DNA of 63,809 nt, filler included, from Octopus bimaculoides (lineage: Eukaryota): the NCBI RefSeq assembly GCF_001194135.2. It is 6 parts of 5 records of this genome, joined end to end, with 100 filler letters (N's around TTAATTAATTAA, not from the genome) between each part and the next. Parts side by side here need not be neighbours in the genome. Positions count along the whole stretch, not along the records: positions 32,177 to 57,360 come from NC_068989.1; 5 more parts are not named here. One strand, written 5' to 3'. Of the stretch, positions 37,851 to 50,810 are shown one piece after another. A program made the position numbers and the translations under genes. The notes under the pieces are model-generated. The model saw only the letters and a program-made list of their open reading frames with translations, did no database searches and was not told the origin of the DNA. Position 1 is the first letter of the stretch. Each line of letters begins with the position of its first letter.

Positions 37851-39570
37851 TATAAATATTAAAGTAAATAGAGAAATACAACTGACACATAAATTTATTA
37901 ACATTATCATATAATATAATTATAATATAAAAAAGATATAATATAAGAGTCTATTTGATGATTTAGCAGAGCTTGGATGAAATTTTTGTCTATTTCTTAG
38001 GCAAATATTACCCTGACGAGATTCATATACACAAATATCAATTTTTTTTGTATTCACAAGTGAATATGAATGGAATCAAATTGTAGGATATATATTTGTT
38101 TTTACTATTTGTTATATTATATTCTATCATATTATAACTTATTATATTTTGATTTTAATAAATTTATAATATATCAATCGTATTTCTCTATTTCTTTTAA
38201 TATATATATATATATATGAATGTGTATCTGTATATACAGTTCATATATGCATGTGTGCTTGAGATCTTAGATATCTGCTGAGTGTTGTTGCAGTGGTTGG
38301 TCTTTGGATCCTGTGGTTAAAGGATCAAATCTGAACTAGAGCGGCGCGCAGTGGTTTCTCGATCGTAAAGCTTCATTTCACGTTGTCGCAGTCCACTCAC
38401 CTGAAAATGAGGAGCAACCATTGCCTGGAGGTGGCCCTGCAGTGGAGCAGCCCCCAATCCCTGTAAGAAATGTTGTTCTCTAAGATTAAATACACAGAGA
38501 CATGCACACGCAAACGCGCGCAGACTCCATACACACGCATAACACACACACACACACATGCAAACAGACACTCATCTGTGCATTTATATCTTGTATGTGA
38601 CATAGAAGCAATAGTTAGAGATCGATTGCCTGAAGGAGAAAGCTGTGAACAGTTTCCGTATAATTTTGTCAAATATAACTTCGCCTTGCCTCCATTGTTA
38701 TAAAGATCACAAGCAACGAAACAAAGAAGAGAATCGTCTGATGTTTAATGGCTGTCCTCTTTTCTCTTCATTTCTGTCACTTCTGCGTAGACACGCTTAT
38801 CTAGTCCTCACTCTCACACATATGGCGACTGGGATTTCTGTTCAGCACATCTCAGATTGATTTTGTCTTGTTATCACAATGAAGTGCAAATTCAAGATAA
38901 ACCTGCTAATCTCAAAGTGCATCAGGACTTACATTTCGATGCAGATCATAGCTGACCATTTGCGTTACTTATCACCTCTATGATAAATATTCGTTTTTTT
39001 TTCCCGTACTCTATCACAAAGATACTCCGAACCAGGGAGCAGTATTGTGATTTCTTGTGATTAATGCTTCTCTTCAGCTGAGAACACTGTGCTTCAGCTT
39101 AACATAAAACTGTAGTTATGGGGCAAAATCTGTTTCGGATAGTTTTTGTGGTACACCATTATCTTTTATGAAGTACAGTCACACACTTCCATTCGATGCA
39201 ACACTCATCAGCCTCGAATAATATTTGCTTTCTAACAAAGAGAAAGACAGGGAGAGGTAATGCGAAAGAGAGTGGGAGAGAGAGAGGGAGAGAAGGAGAG
39301 AGAGAGAGAGGGAACATAATATAGAATTGGTAGTGCATAATAATATTGAAGCATGAAGACCACAAACTCACGCCTAAACATTTTTACAGAGAATGCTGAA
39401 CTAATTGAATTAACAAGGGAACGGAATTTAAAATTAATTTAGAGAAATTTAATAATTATGATAATAAATACCACGCAATTGTAACGACAATATTTCTTTT
39501 ATGTAATTCAATTAGAACAGTGATCAATTAGTTGCGGAATTAATAAGATCCAGTGCAAAAATCAAATGAT

Positions 39571-39736
39571 GCCACGTGGTAAGAAGTTTGATTCCCAACT
39601 ACATGGTTCCGGGTTCAATTTGATTAAGTGGCAGCTTGGGCAAATGCTTTCTACAATAGCCTCGGGTGGATCAAAGCCTTGTGAGTAGATTTGGTGGACG
39701 GAAAGTGATAAAATTCCATCGTAGATTTATCTATCT

Positions 39737-39771
<35 letters not shown>

Positions 39772-39888
39772 GCATCTGTGTGTGATTATGGTATGTGCTT
39801 GAGTGTCTTTGTGCTGTGTGTGTTTCCCACTAACGCTTGACAATTAGTATTGTTATGTTTACATCCCCGTAACTAGGTGGTTCGGCAA
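39571..39888 (+). mobile_element. SINE family A, 3'-truncated
   Basis: GTGGTAAGAAG..CCCAACTACATGGTTCCGGGTTCAA..CTTGGGCAAATG..AAAGCCTTGTGAGTAGATTTGGTGGACGGAAA..CCCCGTAACT..GGTTCGGCAA. Confidence 0.85.
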
Positions 39889-40753
39889 TTGATGGGGGCT
39901 CCACAAATTTCAAATCTATAGCAGAAAATATTACTGTTATAGTGTATTACAAGAGCTGAAAGAATAAATATACTTGGAAACAGACAAGTTTATGTCTTTC
40001 CATCTATTTTCGGCACCAAAATCAATAAATATAAACCCTGGAATTGTGTCTACTATTTAAACTGCTTCCGGCAGAGTTATGAAGAGCAGTTACATGTACC
40101 GCAATCATAGCATTGTCCCAAGAACAATCGTTACACTCTTTGCCTAGATGGTATTATTACCAGCTTCTATCTGTTACAGTATATTTTGTCCCAAATAAAC
40201 AGCAATTAATCGGAGCATATTTTCAGCTGAGTGTGGTTGTGTTTCTGATCCGTGAAAGGCATTCTCAGACTGGTGGATTAAAAGGAAATAAGATTTCATC
40301 AAAGGGGAAACCGAGTCCGTAGTTTAGAAAATGTTTGGACACTTTCCAAATTCCGTATACAACTAGGCGGTGGCGCAAAACAGAGAAGCGAATTAAATCT
40401 ACCCACGAAGTTTGCTAGAGCAATATTTTAACTTAGACAGCAAGGAACCAGGATTAACACCACGAATATCTCGACTGATGTTCTCATGTTTTCGCCGATC
40501 TATCGTATCAGTGAAGTAAATTATTGACGCCGAAAAGATAAAAGGCCAAAATTGATCTCGATATGATTTGAACTCAAAACGCAACCATCCTGAATAAATA
40601 GCGCGAAGTATTTTGTCTGAATGTATGTTGTGATCTCACTCACTCATACGCCATAGAATCCAAGTAATAAGTCGCATTACTGTAATCAATCTTATCAATT
40701 CTGCGACTCGGACAACAATTGTGTCCAGGGGTTTGTGATGATGTAACGATTCA

Positions 40754-41010
40754 GTGAAGGCAAGTGGCCTAGTGGTAAAACTGTTGCACTCACGATCGTA
40801 AGATCATGGTTTCGATTCTCAGAGACCGTGCGGTGTATTGAGTGCTTGAAGAAAAAAACTTCATTTGATGTGATTCCAGTCCACCGGGCTCTAAATGAGT
40901 AACTCTGCTACCGACGGGTGTCGCGTTCGGAGGCTAATGTTGTGATCTCTGTCACTTATATGGCTTAGAATCCGGGCAACCAGTTCCGTGACTCCTGAGG
41001 CTCAGGACAG
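40754..41010 (+). mobile_element. Old tRNA-derived SINE (related, more decayed copy at ~38340-38465)
   Basis: A-box GTGGCCTAGTGGT, B-box GGTTTCGATTC, and ACTTCATTT..CCAGTCCAC..AAATGAGTAA. Confidence 0.7.
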
Positions 41011-41660
41011 TAGTTTTCCGGGGATGACGATAATATAGCGATTCTCCCAAATTGCTTCAGGCTGAAATGAAGATGTAATTGTAGACAATCTATTTCTCGT
41101 AATATTTACGAAACCATTACCATCCTGACTGCACCCTCTACTCATCAACGACCCCACCCCACCCAACCCCTGAATCATCCAGTAAACATTAAAAGTAAAG
41201 CTTCAATGTTCTTCAATGATTTCTTTCCCTTCTCCTTCTGGAGAAAAAAACACGATGAAAACCACATCGATCACCGATATATTTGGCAATGGAAAGTATC
41301 AGATTCCGTCACTACCTGCATAGAAATTGAAAATTATTCTACGCCGAGTGATGCTCACTAAATCTCTGTAGACTTTCTATGTATGGAAACCACATTGATC
41401 AGCTTCTACTATAATCAGATACTTGTCTAAATATCTTATTTCGTTTGAATCTACATCTAACAATCTTATGTATGTTTAAGAAAGTGATTCTGTTGACACC
41501 ATAGGTTATCGATATAAGTGAACCTATTGCTAGACTTTATTTAGACGAAAGTCACTCGCCTAATTTCAGTTAGTGCAGCGTATCCGGACCGTGGAATCAA
41601 TTCTATACATTTCGGAAACTTGCTCTAAGTAGCACTTACGCCCTACCGCGTCAGGAATAA

Positions 41661-42107
41661 TGATGATGATGATAATGATGACGTTGATGATAATGATGAT
41701 GTTGATGATGATGATGATGATGTGCATTGTCGTTGGCACTCCATCGCTTACGACGTCGAGGGTTCCAGTTGATCAACGGAACAGCCTGCTCGTGAAATTA
41801 ACGTGCAAGTGACTGAGCACTCCACAGACGCGTGTACCCTTAACGTAGTTCTCGGGGATATTCAGCGTGACACAGTGTGACAAGGCTGACTCTTTGAATT
41901 ACAGGCACAAAAGAAACAGGAAGTAAGAGTGAGAGAAAGTTGTGGTGGAAGAGTACAGCAAGGTTCGACACCATCCCCTGCCGGAGCCTCGTGGAGCTTT
42001 TAGGTGTTTTCGCTCAATAAACATTCACAATGCCCGGTCTGGGAATCGAAACCGCGATCCTATGACCGCAAGTCTGCTGTCCTAACCACTGGGCCATTGC
42101 ACCTCCA
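41661..42107 (-). mobile_element. SINE family B (OR1-like), full length with (CAT)n tail
   Basis: Minus-strand head GGAGGTGCAATGGCCCAGTGGTTAGG...GGTTTCGATTCCCAGACC (A and B boxes); body ends GATGGAGTGCCAAC; the tail is the (ATG)n at 41661-41721. Confidence 0.9.
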
Positions 42108-42140
42108 CCTATATATGTGCATACATACACACATATCTAC

Positions 42141-42181
<41 letters not shown>

Positions 42182-42860
42182 TATACACACATATATTTAT
42201 ATACATATATGTACATATACACACTGTGATATATAGATATAATCACACATAAATAACGCGAGTTATTACGAGGCAAGGTAGAGACAAACAAGGAAATATT
42301 AAAGCGAGTCAGACAAGCGAAAGCACGTGGCTGAAGCAGCGTAGTAAAATAAATAATGAAAGCAAGCATCAAAGAAGTGAACTGTGCGATGAAGATCAAT
42401 GGGCACATGAAAGAAACAGAGAAGAGAATTTAACGTTTTGGTGATAATCTTTTATCAAAGGGAACGCTAAGAATTAAAAAAGGCCTGAGAAAAAAACAAC
42501 GATTCTACGACTCAGTTTTATTTATGAGGTCTGATATTATGGTAGGATGGTTGGTCTAGGGGAGAATGGGGACCAGGCGCTCCTGATGACCCACTCATGG
42601 AAATTCACTCATGAACACATACGCACACACACACACAAATATGCATGTACGTATACAAGCGTATGTATATATGTGGGTATGTATGTATATATAATATGTA
42701 TATATTTATGTGATTCGCTATGCTTACATACATATTCCAAACATGGCTAGCAGTAAAACGAACGTTAAGATACACAACATTGATTAGGTATATTCCCTGT
42801 ACAAACGTATATATTTATGTACGTGTATATGTCTATATATCTATATCTATATCTATATCA

Positions 42861-42906
<46 letters not shown>

Positions 42907-43120
42907 ATATATATATATATANNNNNNNNNNNNNNNNNNNNNNNNNNNNNNNNNNNNNNNNNNNNNNNNNNNNNNNNNNNNNNNNNNNNNNNNNNNNNNN
43001 NNNNNNNNNNNNNNNNNNNNNNNNNNNNNNNNNNNNNNNNNNNNNNNNNNNNNNNNNNNNNNNNNNNNNNNNNNNNNNNNNNNNNNNNNNNNNNNNNNNN
43101 NNNNNNNNNNNNTATATATA

Positions 43121-43256
43121 TAGCGGTTGGACAAAAAGAGAACGACAGAATAAGTACTAGGCTGACAAAGAATAAGTCCTGGGGTCGATTTATTCGACTA
43201 AAGATGGTGCTTCATATTGGCCGCAGTTAAATAACTGAAACAAGTAAAAGAGTAAA
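43121..43256 (+). mobile_element. SINE family A, 3' end
   Basis: AGAATAAGTACTAGGCT..AAGAATAAGTCCTGGGGTCGATTT..CGACTAAAG..GGCCGCAG..ACTGAAACAAGTAAAAGAGTAAAA. Confidence 0.85.
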
Positions 43257-43581
43257 ATTGTAAAAGAATAAATAAATAAAGCGGGAAAAGAAAGAAAATT
43301 CACAGCGACCATGCTCTTCTCAATACACTTGACGTACAGTTCAGACAATCTTTTGCACTTCCTGCATGGAGGGCAAGTCAGGGATCATTATTAAATAATT
43401 TTCAGTTCCTTCTTTTATCATTCCAACTGTTCTTACAATCATTGGTATTGTAGCCGTCTTGAGATGCCACATCTTTTCGATTTCGTTTAACAAATCTTTA
43501 TATTTTTTGAGCTGATCAAATTATTTTGCCGAGATATTATGGTCACAGGGTATGCTTATGTCAATCAATAAACATACATTA

Positions 43582-43619
<38 letters not shown>

Positions 43620-43657
43620 GTTGTTGTTGTTGTTGTTGTAATTATCATCATCATCAT

Positions 43658-44205
43658 TGAGTCATCAAAGTGACACTGGGGTAAAATATATGAAGCCCAG
43701 TATATCCATCGTGACCACCCGTCTGATAAGGGTATACCAGGCACATGCATTACCACCATATGTGCGCGACATGGTGAACTCATATGAAGATATAGAGCGC
43801 ATGGCCTTGCCGGTGGATCCCAGTTAGAATTTATTGCAGGTCAAGTAGCCCATCCCTTTCCCTGAAAAGGTCTCTGTATAAGGGTCGTTTAAGGATGTTG
43901 AACGAAACACCTTCGTTTCCAGTGCTGAATTATTCAACCAACGAAGAATTCCTGTCAACACATTGCTATGAGATGATGCTCTCCAACTACTTCTGCTTGT
44001 GATTCGAGATGCACATATCGTCAGCCACCAAGGGACATGCTCAACTGGTTATGGTCAAACAACTGACAAGCATATCTGTGGTATTGAGCAGAAAATTTGC
44101 TGTAGCCCATCTTTTATATCAAGACAAAACAATGTACACAATAACACTTCCAGTCAGTTAAGATGAAAAGCCATGAAATCCACCGCCTGGTACTGCATCA
44201 GGGCA
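43658..44205 (-). mobile_element. ~550 bp non-coding interspersed element anchored in (TAA)n
   Basis: Starts TGCCCTGATGCAGTACCAGGC right after (TAA)n on the minus strand; homologous pieces at 59061-59227 and 60209-60296; the other end runs into (ATG)/(AAC)/(AAT) repeats. Confidence 0.75.
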
Positions 44206-44238
44206 TATTATTATTATTAATATTAACATTATTATCAT

Positions 44239-44279
<41 letters not shown>

Positions 44280-45460
44280 TTAGTAGCAGTTGTATTAGCA
44301 GCAGCAGTAACAACAGCACTTGTATGAATGTTAAGTCTAGTATTTGACATCGATTCCGTCACGTTTAATTAGTGCGTTTATGAAAACTTGTTAATTGCAA
44401 ATTTCATTTTACATTGGTTAGACTCTTACAAATTCTCAAGTAAGAGAAACATTTATTTCATCCATTCCATCATGCTATATTACATTATAAACCATAAACT
44501 TAATTAAAATTCCATTACCTTCAAATATTTTACATAATTCGTGATATTATATCTTATCAACATTAGCATACATTTGATTCTCAAGAATTGATTCCAATGA
44601 TGACGAAAAGCCAGAGATTTGGATCCTACTTCGATGTTTAGAATAACATTGAAGAGTTCAAACTGAAAGGTTTTGCTACTTTATTAATCTTTGACATTGC
44701 ATTCTTGAAAGAGAGTGACTAATTCATGACATGGAATCTAAATTAGCATTGCGACTTAATACGTACAATTGTCAATTATATAAGTGACAAAGGCGGCTTA
44801 TGACCAACAAGATAAATCATCAAACTATCAAGTGAAAGGTCGAGGGTTGTCTCTTATCATCATTGATACAGTCTTCTATCCATGGCCAATGCACGTGTAA
44901 CAACATAATATTACGATTAAAAACGAAACTAACCAAATTACAGGGCAACAAACGATATTATACAGTGTGTCGTAGGCACCGAAATCAAGACGTTGCTTAA
45001 GACAGTTCGTCTGAACTCTCTCAACACTCCTTAACGCATTACTCCTTACACTGCGCAGGGAGAGGGAGCAACTCTCATGACAAATGTACTTCATGTTTAT
45101 GATATGAAGAGGTTAGAAAATAAAACTTATACGTACAGACAAATCGGCGCGATTTTGAAGTATGCATTAAGGCCACTACGTGGCACGTTGCAGTAGTCTC
45201 TTCTCTGATAGGTATGAGGTGACCAAAAAGCTTGCGAGTGGAATTTTGTATCTCCTTCTGTGTATATGCATACTACCAAACAAACATGATTTTTATTGAA
45301 CTCAAAATGCTTTTTGGAGTCCCGTTATGATTACCTTCTTAAATACTTTCTTGTAAACTGTTTTTAACATTTTATTATTATTATCAATGAATGTATATAT
45401 GTATTCTAATACTTTTGTGATAACCAGTACTTAACACAACAAAGCTCATACAAAGCTTTA

Positions 45461-45503
45461 CATTTTGACAATCTAAAAAAGTGAAACCGGTCAAGTGAAT
45501 AAA
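45461..45503 (+). ncRNA. Degenerate minimal hammerhead-like motif followed by AATAAA (Penelope pLTR-like)
   Basis: catt-TTGACAA-tctaaaaaagt-GAAA-CCGG-TC-aagtg-AATAAA. U3-A8 core and palindromic ACCGGT stem III; stems I and II are poor. Confidence 0.35.
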
Positions 45504-45939
45504 CATCTTTAAAATTGCATTTTCGAAACCTCCTTTCATATATANNNNNNNNNNNNNNNNNNNNNNNNNNNNNNNNNNNNNNNNNNNNNNNNNNNNNNNN
45601 NNNNNNNNNNNNNNNNNNNNNNNNNNNNNNNNNNNNNNNNNNNNNNNNNNNNNNNNNNNNNNNNNNNNNNNNNNNNNNNNNNNNNNNNNNNNNNNNNNNN
45701 NNNNNNNNNNNNNNNNNNNNNNNNNNNNNNNNNNNNNNNNNNNNNNNNNNNNNNNNNNNNNNNNNNNNNNNNNNNNNNNNNNNNNNNNNNNNNNNNNNNN
45801 NNNNNNNNNNNNNNNNNNNNNNNNNNNNNNNNNNNNNNNNNNAAGCATATTCTGTTGTCTATTTGAAAGCTGAGGCTATCTACGTTTGTGCATTAACATT
45901 CTTTCTCTAATGCCGAAGTTTGAAACATGCCCTCGTATG

Positions 45940-45971
<32 letters not shown>

Positions 45972-45998
45972 CGTGCGTGTGTGTGTGTGTGTGAGTGT

Positions 45999-46039
<41 letters not shown>

Positions 46040-46469
46040 TCATAATTCATCATATACATAATCCATTATAACTGCCGAAAATGCTATCTGTCAGAGAGCA
46101 TGTTGACACAGCTCGTACAAACATATATACTTATATGTGAGTGTGTACATAGAGAGGGAGATAGATAAATACATAGCTATATAGATAAGTAGAAAGAGAG
46201 AGAGAGAAGGAGAGCGGTGGGACGGAGAGAGGGTGAATGGAGAAGAGAAATTAAATGTGATTGTTTAAGCATGGTCATCTGATGCCAAGGAAATCCTTCA
46301 GAAGCTACGGCAGAGAACACTTTCGCTAGATCGAGTGTGCTTCTGAGTTCAGCGTGTCTGACATTTTCATCATTAGTGTTCTTAACATTGCCAACGCTAC
46401 AGCTTAGCGATCATAATACAAACGGTCACACACACACACATACACAAATACGCACACACCCACATACCC

Positions 46470-46501
<32 letters not shown>

Positions 46502-46522
46502 GCATATATACCTATATGTACA

Positions 46523-46554
<32 letters not shown>

Positions 46555-47152
46555 NNNNNNNNNNNNNNNNNNNNNNNNNNNNNNNNNNNNNNNNNNNNNN
46601 NNNNNNNNNNNNNNNNNNNNNNNNNNNNNNNNNNNNNNNNNNNNNNNNNNNNNNNNNNNNNNNNNNNNNNNNNNNNNNNNNNNNNNNNNNNNNNNNNNNN
46701 NNNNNNNNNNNNNNNNNNNNNNNNNNNNNNNNNNNNNNNNNNNNNNNNNNNNNNNNNNNNNNNNNNNNNNNNNNNNNNNNNNNNNNNNNNNNNNNNNNNN
46801 NNNNNNNNNNNNNNNNNNNNNNNNNNNNNNNNNNNNNNNNNNNNNNNNNNNNNNNNNNNNNNNNNNNNNNNNNNNNNNNNNNNNNNNNNNNNNNNNNNNN
46901 NNNNNNNNNNNNNNNNNNNNNNNNNNNNNNNNNNNNNNNNNNNNNNNNNNNNNNNNNNNNNNNTATATATATATATATGTATATATACATACATGTGTGT
47001 GTGTGTGTGGGTGTGTATTTATATACACAAATATAAACATGAGGACACTCGCACTACAAACAGATTATACATCGCACCTACGTATATACACCCATTCGAA
47101 TACTGAGAATGTCACAGATTCGAACAAGCGCGCGCACACACACACACACACA

Positions 47153-47199
<47 letters not shown>

Positions 47200-47820
47200 G
47201 AAGGAACTCTCTCTCTCATGAGCACACCCACGCAAGCACCTATATACACCGGTTTATTGACGACTCTCTCTCAGCATTACGAGTTTCATCGTTGATGTGA
47301 CTATTAAAGACATATTTAACATCTATCACACAGATTGTTATGAAACCTACAACGAAAATTTCCCTTTGATATCATCTCAAATAGGAATTTTACTGACTGT
47401 ATGTGTGTTACCCATGCTTTCTGTGTGCGCGTGTGACTGCGTATTCATGCGTGTATTACTATTTTGGGGGGTTATAATTTTTATATATTCATTGACAGAT
47501 ATATTGTACCCGGTACTTATTTCATATATACATCATTATTATTATTATCAATTGCCGTTTTATTTTCACCTTCATTTGTTTAATGTTCTATGTAATTTAG
47601 ATTATATTCATATACACTAATATAATACATACATACATGTATACTGAAAGAAATCCAGAGAATGAATTAGTAAGAGATAGATAGATAAATAGATGGATGT
47701 CTTGTTGGATGAATAAATAGATAGATTGATAGATAGGTAGATAGGTAGATAGATAGATAGATAGATATATAGATAGATAGATAGATAGATAGGTAGATAG
47801 ATAGATAGATATAGATAGAT

Positions 47821-48994
47821 ATCTTTTTATTATAGCCACACAGGGCTAAATACAGAAAATGGACAAATTACAAAGTAGAGCTTTTCTTGGGGGCGGGGGT
47901 AATTTCGATCATAAGGGGTCGCGGGAAGAAAGAAAAAAAACGTGGGTGGGGGGGTCGATCAATAGGGATCGTGTATCACAGTTGATGTAAAAAAACGGGG
48001 AACGGATTAGGTTTATCCGTGGAGAGAAAAGCCTACGGAAAAGACCACGGTCACCTCAGGCNNNNNNNNNNNNNNNNNNNNNNNNNNNNNNNNNNNNNNN
48101 NNNNNNNNNNNNNNNNNNNNNNNNNNNNNNNNNNNNNNNNNNNNNNNNNNNNNNNNNNNNNNNNNNNNNNNNNNNNNNNNNNNNNNNNNNNNNNNNNNNN
48201 NNNNNNNNNNNNNNNNNNNNNNNNNNNNNNNNNNNNNNNNNNNNNNNNNNNNNNNNNNNNNNNNNNNNNNNNNNNNNNNNNNNNNNNNNNNNNNNNNNNN
48301 NNNNNNNNNNNNNNNNNNNNNNNNNNNNNNNNNNNNNNNNNNNNNNNNNNNNNNNNNNNNNNNNNNNNNNNNNNNNNNNNNNNNNNNNNNNNNNNNNNNN
48401 NNNNNNNNNNNNNNNNNNNNNNNNNNNNNNNNNNNNNNNNNNNNNNNNNNNNNNNNNNNNNNNNNNNNNNNNNNNNNNNNNNNNNNNNNNNNNNNNNNNN
48501 NNNNNNNNNNNNNNNNNNNNNNNNNNNNNNNNNNNNNNNNNNNNNNNNNNNNNNNNNNNNNNNNNNNNNNNNNNNNNNNNNNNNNNNNNNNNNNNNNNNN
48601 NNNNNNNNNNNNNNNNNNNNNNNNNNNNNNNNNNNNNNNNNNATAGCATTGCCAAGCCAGGGTTCTCTGGAAATTATCCATAGGCCCCGGTCCGAACGTC
48701 GTCTTGAAAAGGCGGGTTAGGAATTTCTCGTCGACACCCAGGTTTGCCCCGAGAGTGTCGTCAGACCTCCCCTCCACTAGTCCTCTATAGAACGCATTGG
48801 TCGTTTGGAAGTTGCACAAGTTTGATCCCGGACGGCAGGGCTGTTGTAGAGCTTGGCGACACTCGCGGTGCCAATCGCCCAGTTTCGGTCTCTTCCTGAT
48901 CCATGTTTGTAGTTCGGTGAGTGAGACGAGCTGCGGGAAGGCGTGCCTCACAAACGGCACCCACACCTGTTCACCGTCGTCAATGAAGTTCCAG
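47821..48994 (-). mobile_element. L1/Tx1-like LINE, 5'-truncated (ORF2 C-terminal region plus 3'UTR), spanning a gap
   Basis: A GC-rich open frame at 48643-48994 reads VWVPFVRHAFPQL...WHRECRQAL...FYRGLVEG...DNFQRTLAWQCY, resembling the region before the zf-RVT motif of L1/Tx1 ORF2. The 3'UTR 47821-48061 ends AATAAAAAG then (TATC)n. Confidence 0.65.
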
Positions 48995-49033
48995 AGATAG
49001 GTAGATAGATACATACATAGGTAGGTAGGTAGG

Positions 49034-49065
<32 letters not shown>

Positions 49066-49074
49066 GGGAAGGAG

Positions 49075-49329
49075 ATATAACTTTCTTTATTGGCCACAAA
49101 GGGCTGAACACAGAGGGGACAAATACAAATGTAGAGCTTTTCTTTTCGAAAATGAAAAAGAAAAAGGGAAAACAGAGACAAAAAGTAAACTTTCCGATCA
49201 AAAGGGTCGGAAAAAAAAGGCGATCAAAAGGGATCGTGCATCACAGAAGAAATTTTTAAAATGTAAGAGGCAAGATTAGGTTTATCCGTGAAAAGAAAAG
49301 CCTATGGAAAAGACCACGGTAGCCTCAAG
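49075..49329 (-). mobile_element. Second, diverged copy of the same LINE 3'UTR
   Basis: GATTAGGTTTATCCGTG..AGAAAAGCCTA.GGAAAAGACCACGGT and GTAGAGCTTTTCTT are shared with 47821-48061; ends AATAAAG next to (GATA)n. Confidence 0.8.
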
Positions 49330-50596
49330 CAGGGAGGGAATAAACACGTGAGAGCAAAGTGCTCCATCTCTCTGTCTCTTTTTCGATTTACAGGATCATG
49401 CTCAAAGTTCTTTCGTCGCTCACACGCACCATCTTTGCTACATTCACCCACCTTTTTTTAAACATTCACGAGACAAAACCTGCCTCTCTATTCTCACCTT
49501 CCTTTTCAAGTGATACTTGAAACAATTGATGAGCGATTGGCCAAAGAGGTAAGTGTTTGTCTCTAATCCTTTCACTCGAGTCCACCACACACATTCTTTC
49601 ACCTTAGCACCGTTCAAATGATTTGCACTTACACACTGAAATATTTACCGTGGGGTAAAGCTTGGCCATAGGAGGAATTCAGATAAACAAATGTGGAAAT
49701 GATGATTCAAATTTGCTAATGAAACCACCTGGGCTTCATATATAAAAAAATATATGTGAATAGAGAGAAAACAAAGACTGAAAATATATTCCGTCGATGA
49801 ATATAAATAGATATTTATATATTAACAAAGCAGGTTGACACAGAGCAGAAAGACACAAGGAATCAAGGGGAGAACGTATGGTATTACAGGACTGACAACT
49901 GTTTCTGGGAGCTTGGAATTACGTCATGATACTGGCAGACATTGTTCGCAACAAGTCAAAAAATATGCAGCCAGTAGTAAAAATACATAAATATTAGATA
50001 AATCTTGCCTCCGTGTTTAGGGTGGAGAGATAAGTGTCTAACCAATAGATAGATATCCACCGCTGTAGATATTCACCTGCCCGCCGTATATTTTCGCAAA
50101 CACCCAAACATATGTATTTGTATATATATATATATGTATGTGGGGGGGGGGTCTCTGTGTGTGTGTATATTTGTTTGTGTTTGCCACCTCTCATTTCATG
50201 ACAACCGATTTGGGTTTCTTTACGTGTCCCTGTGTTAGCTCTTCTGCAAAATGATTAGCAGACTTAGCAGTAGGTGCTGTGGGTGGATTTGCTCGACTGA
50301 AACCCTTAATCTATTTGATCAAGTTAGAGATATTAATCCAGTTAAAGGCGTTAATCCGGTTCCACATTAGAGAACACCAATGAACAAAACACGTGGCAGA
50401 AATAAAAATATTACCGTGTGATTGTCAGTAAAAAAAAAAACACAATGGTGTTTCAATATTTGTTCAATCTGTCATAGTGTACTTCTTCTGGGTTCCAGGA
50501 TACTAATTTCGAATCGTATCCAAATCGATTTTGCTTTTCGTCTCCTTGTCATCTGTAAATCAAATTTCGTTGAATTGGAGAACTTGCTAGAATATT

Positions 50597-50810
50597 CATT
50601 TCTGCTGTAGGCACAAAGCCCGAAACTTTTGGGGAGGAGGCCAGTCAATTAGATCGACCCCAGTACGCAACTGGTACTTAATTTATCGATCCCGAAAGGA
50701 CGAACGACAAAGTCGACCTCGGCGGAATTTGAACTCAGAACATAAAGATAGGCGAACAGCTGTTAAGCATTTCGCCCGGCGTGCTATCGTCTCTGCCAGC
50801 TCACCGCCTT
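50597..50810 (-). mobile_element. SINE family C, full length
   Basis: Minus-strand head AAGGCGGTGAGCTGGCAGAG..TAGCACGCCGGGCGAAATGCTTA..GTTCTGAGTTCAAATTCC (B-box), running through to GGGCTTTGTGCCTA. Confidence 0.9.

Noticed and set aside
42040-42107. tRNA-like heads with A and B boxes (also ~27965-28039, 40754-40830, 50730-50810)
   Set aside because: They continue into SINE bodies and lack a full cloverleaf, so they are not tRNA genes.
44876-45094. 72 aa ORF with VERVQ, reminiscent of a CR1 C-terminus
   Set aside because: A single short motif is insufficient.
49876-49935. Hammerhead-like GAAACAGTTGTC (minus); similar partial motifs at ~24966-25006, ~38005-38040, ~42432-42462 and ~52450-52480
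   Set aside because: Each lacks an intact core, GAAA or pairable stems. They may be Penelope fossils but are too decayed to call.
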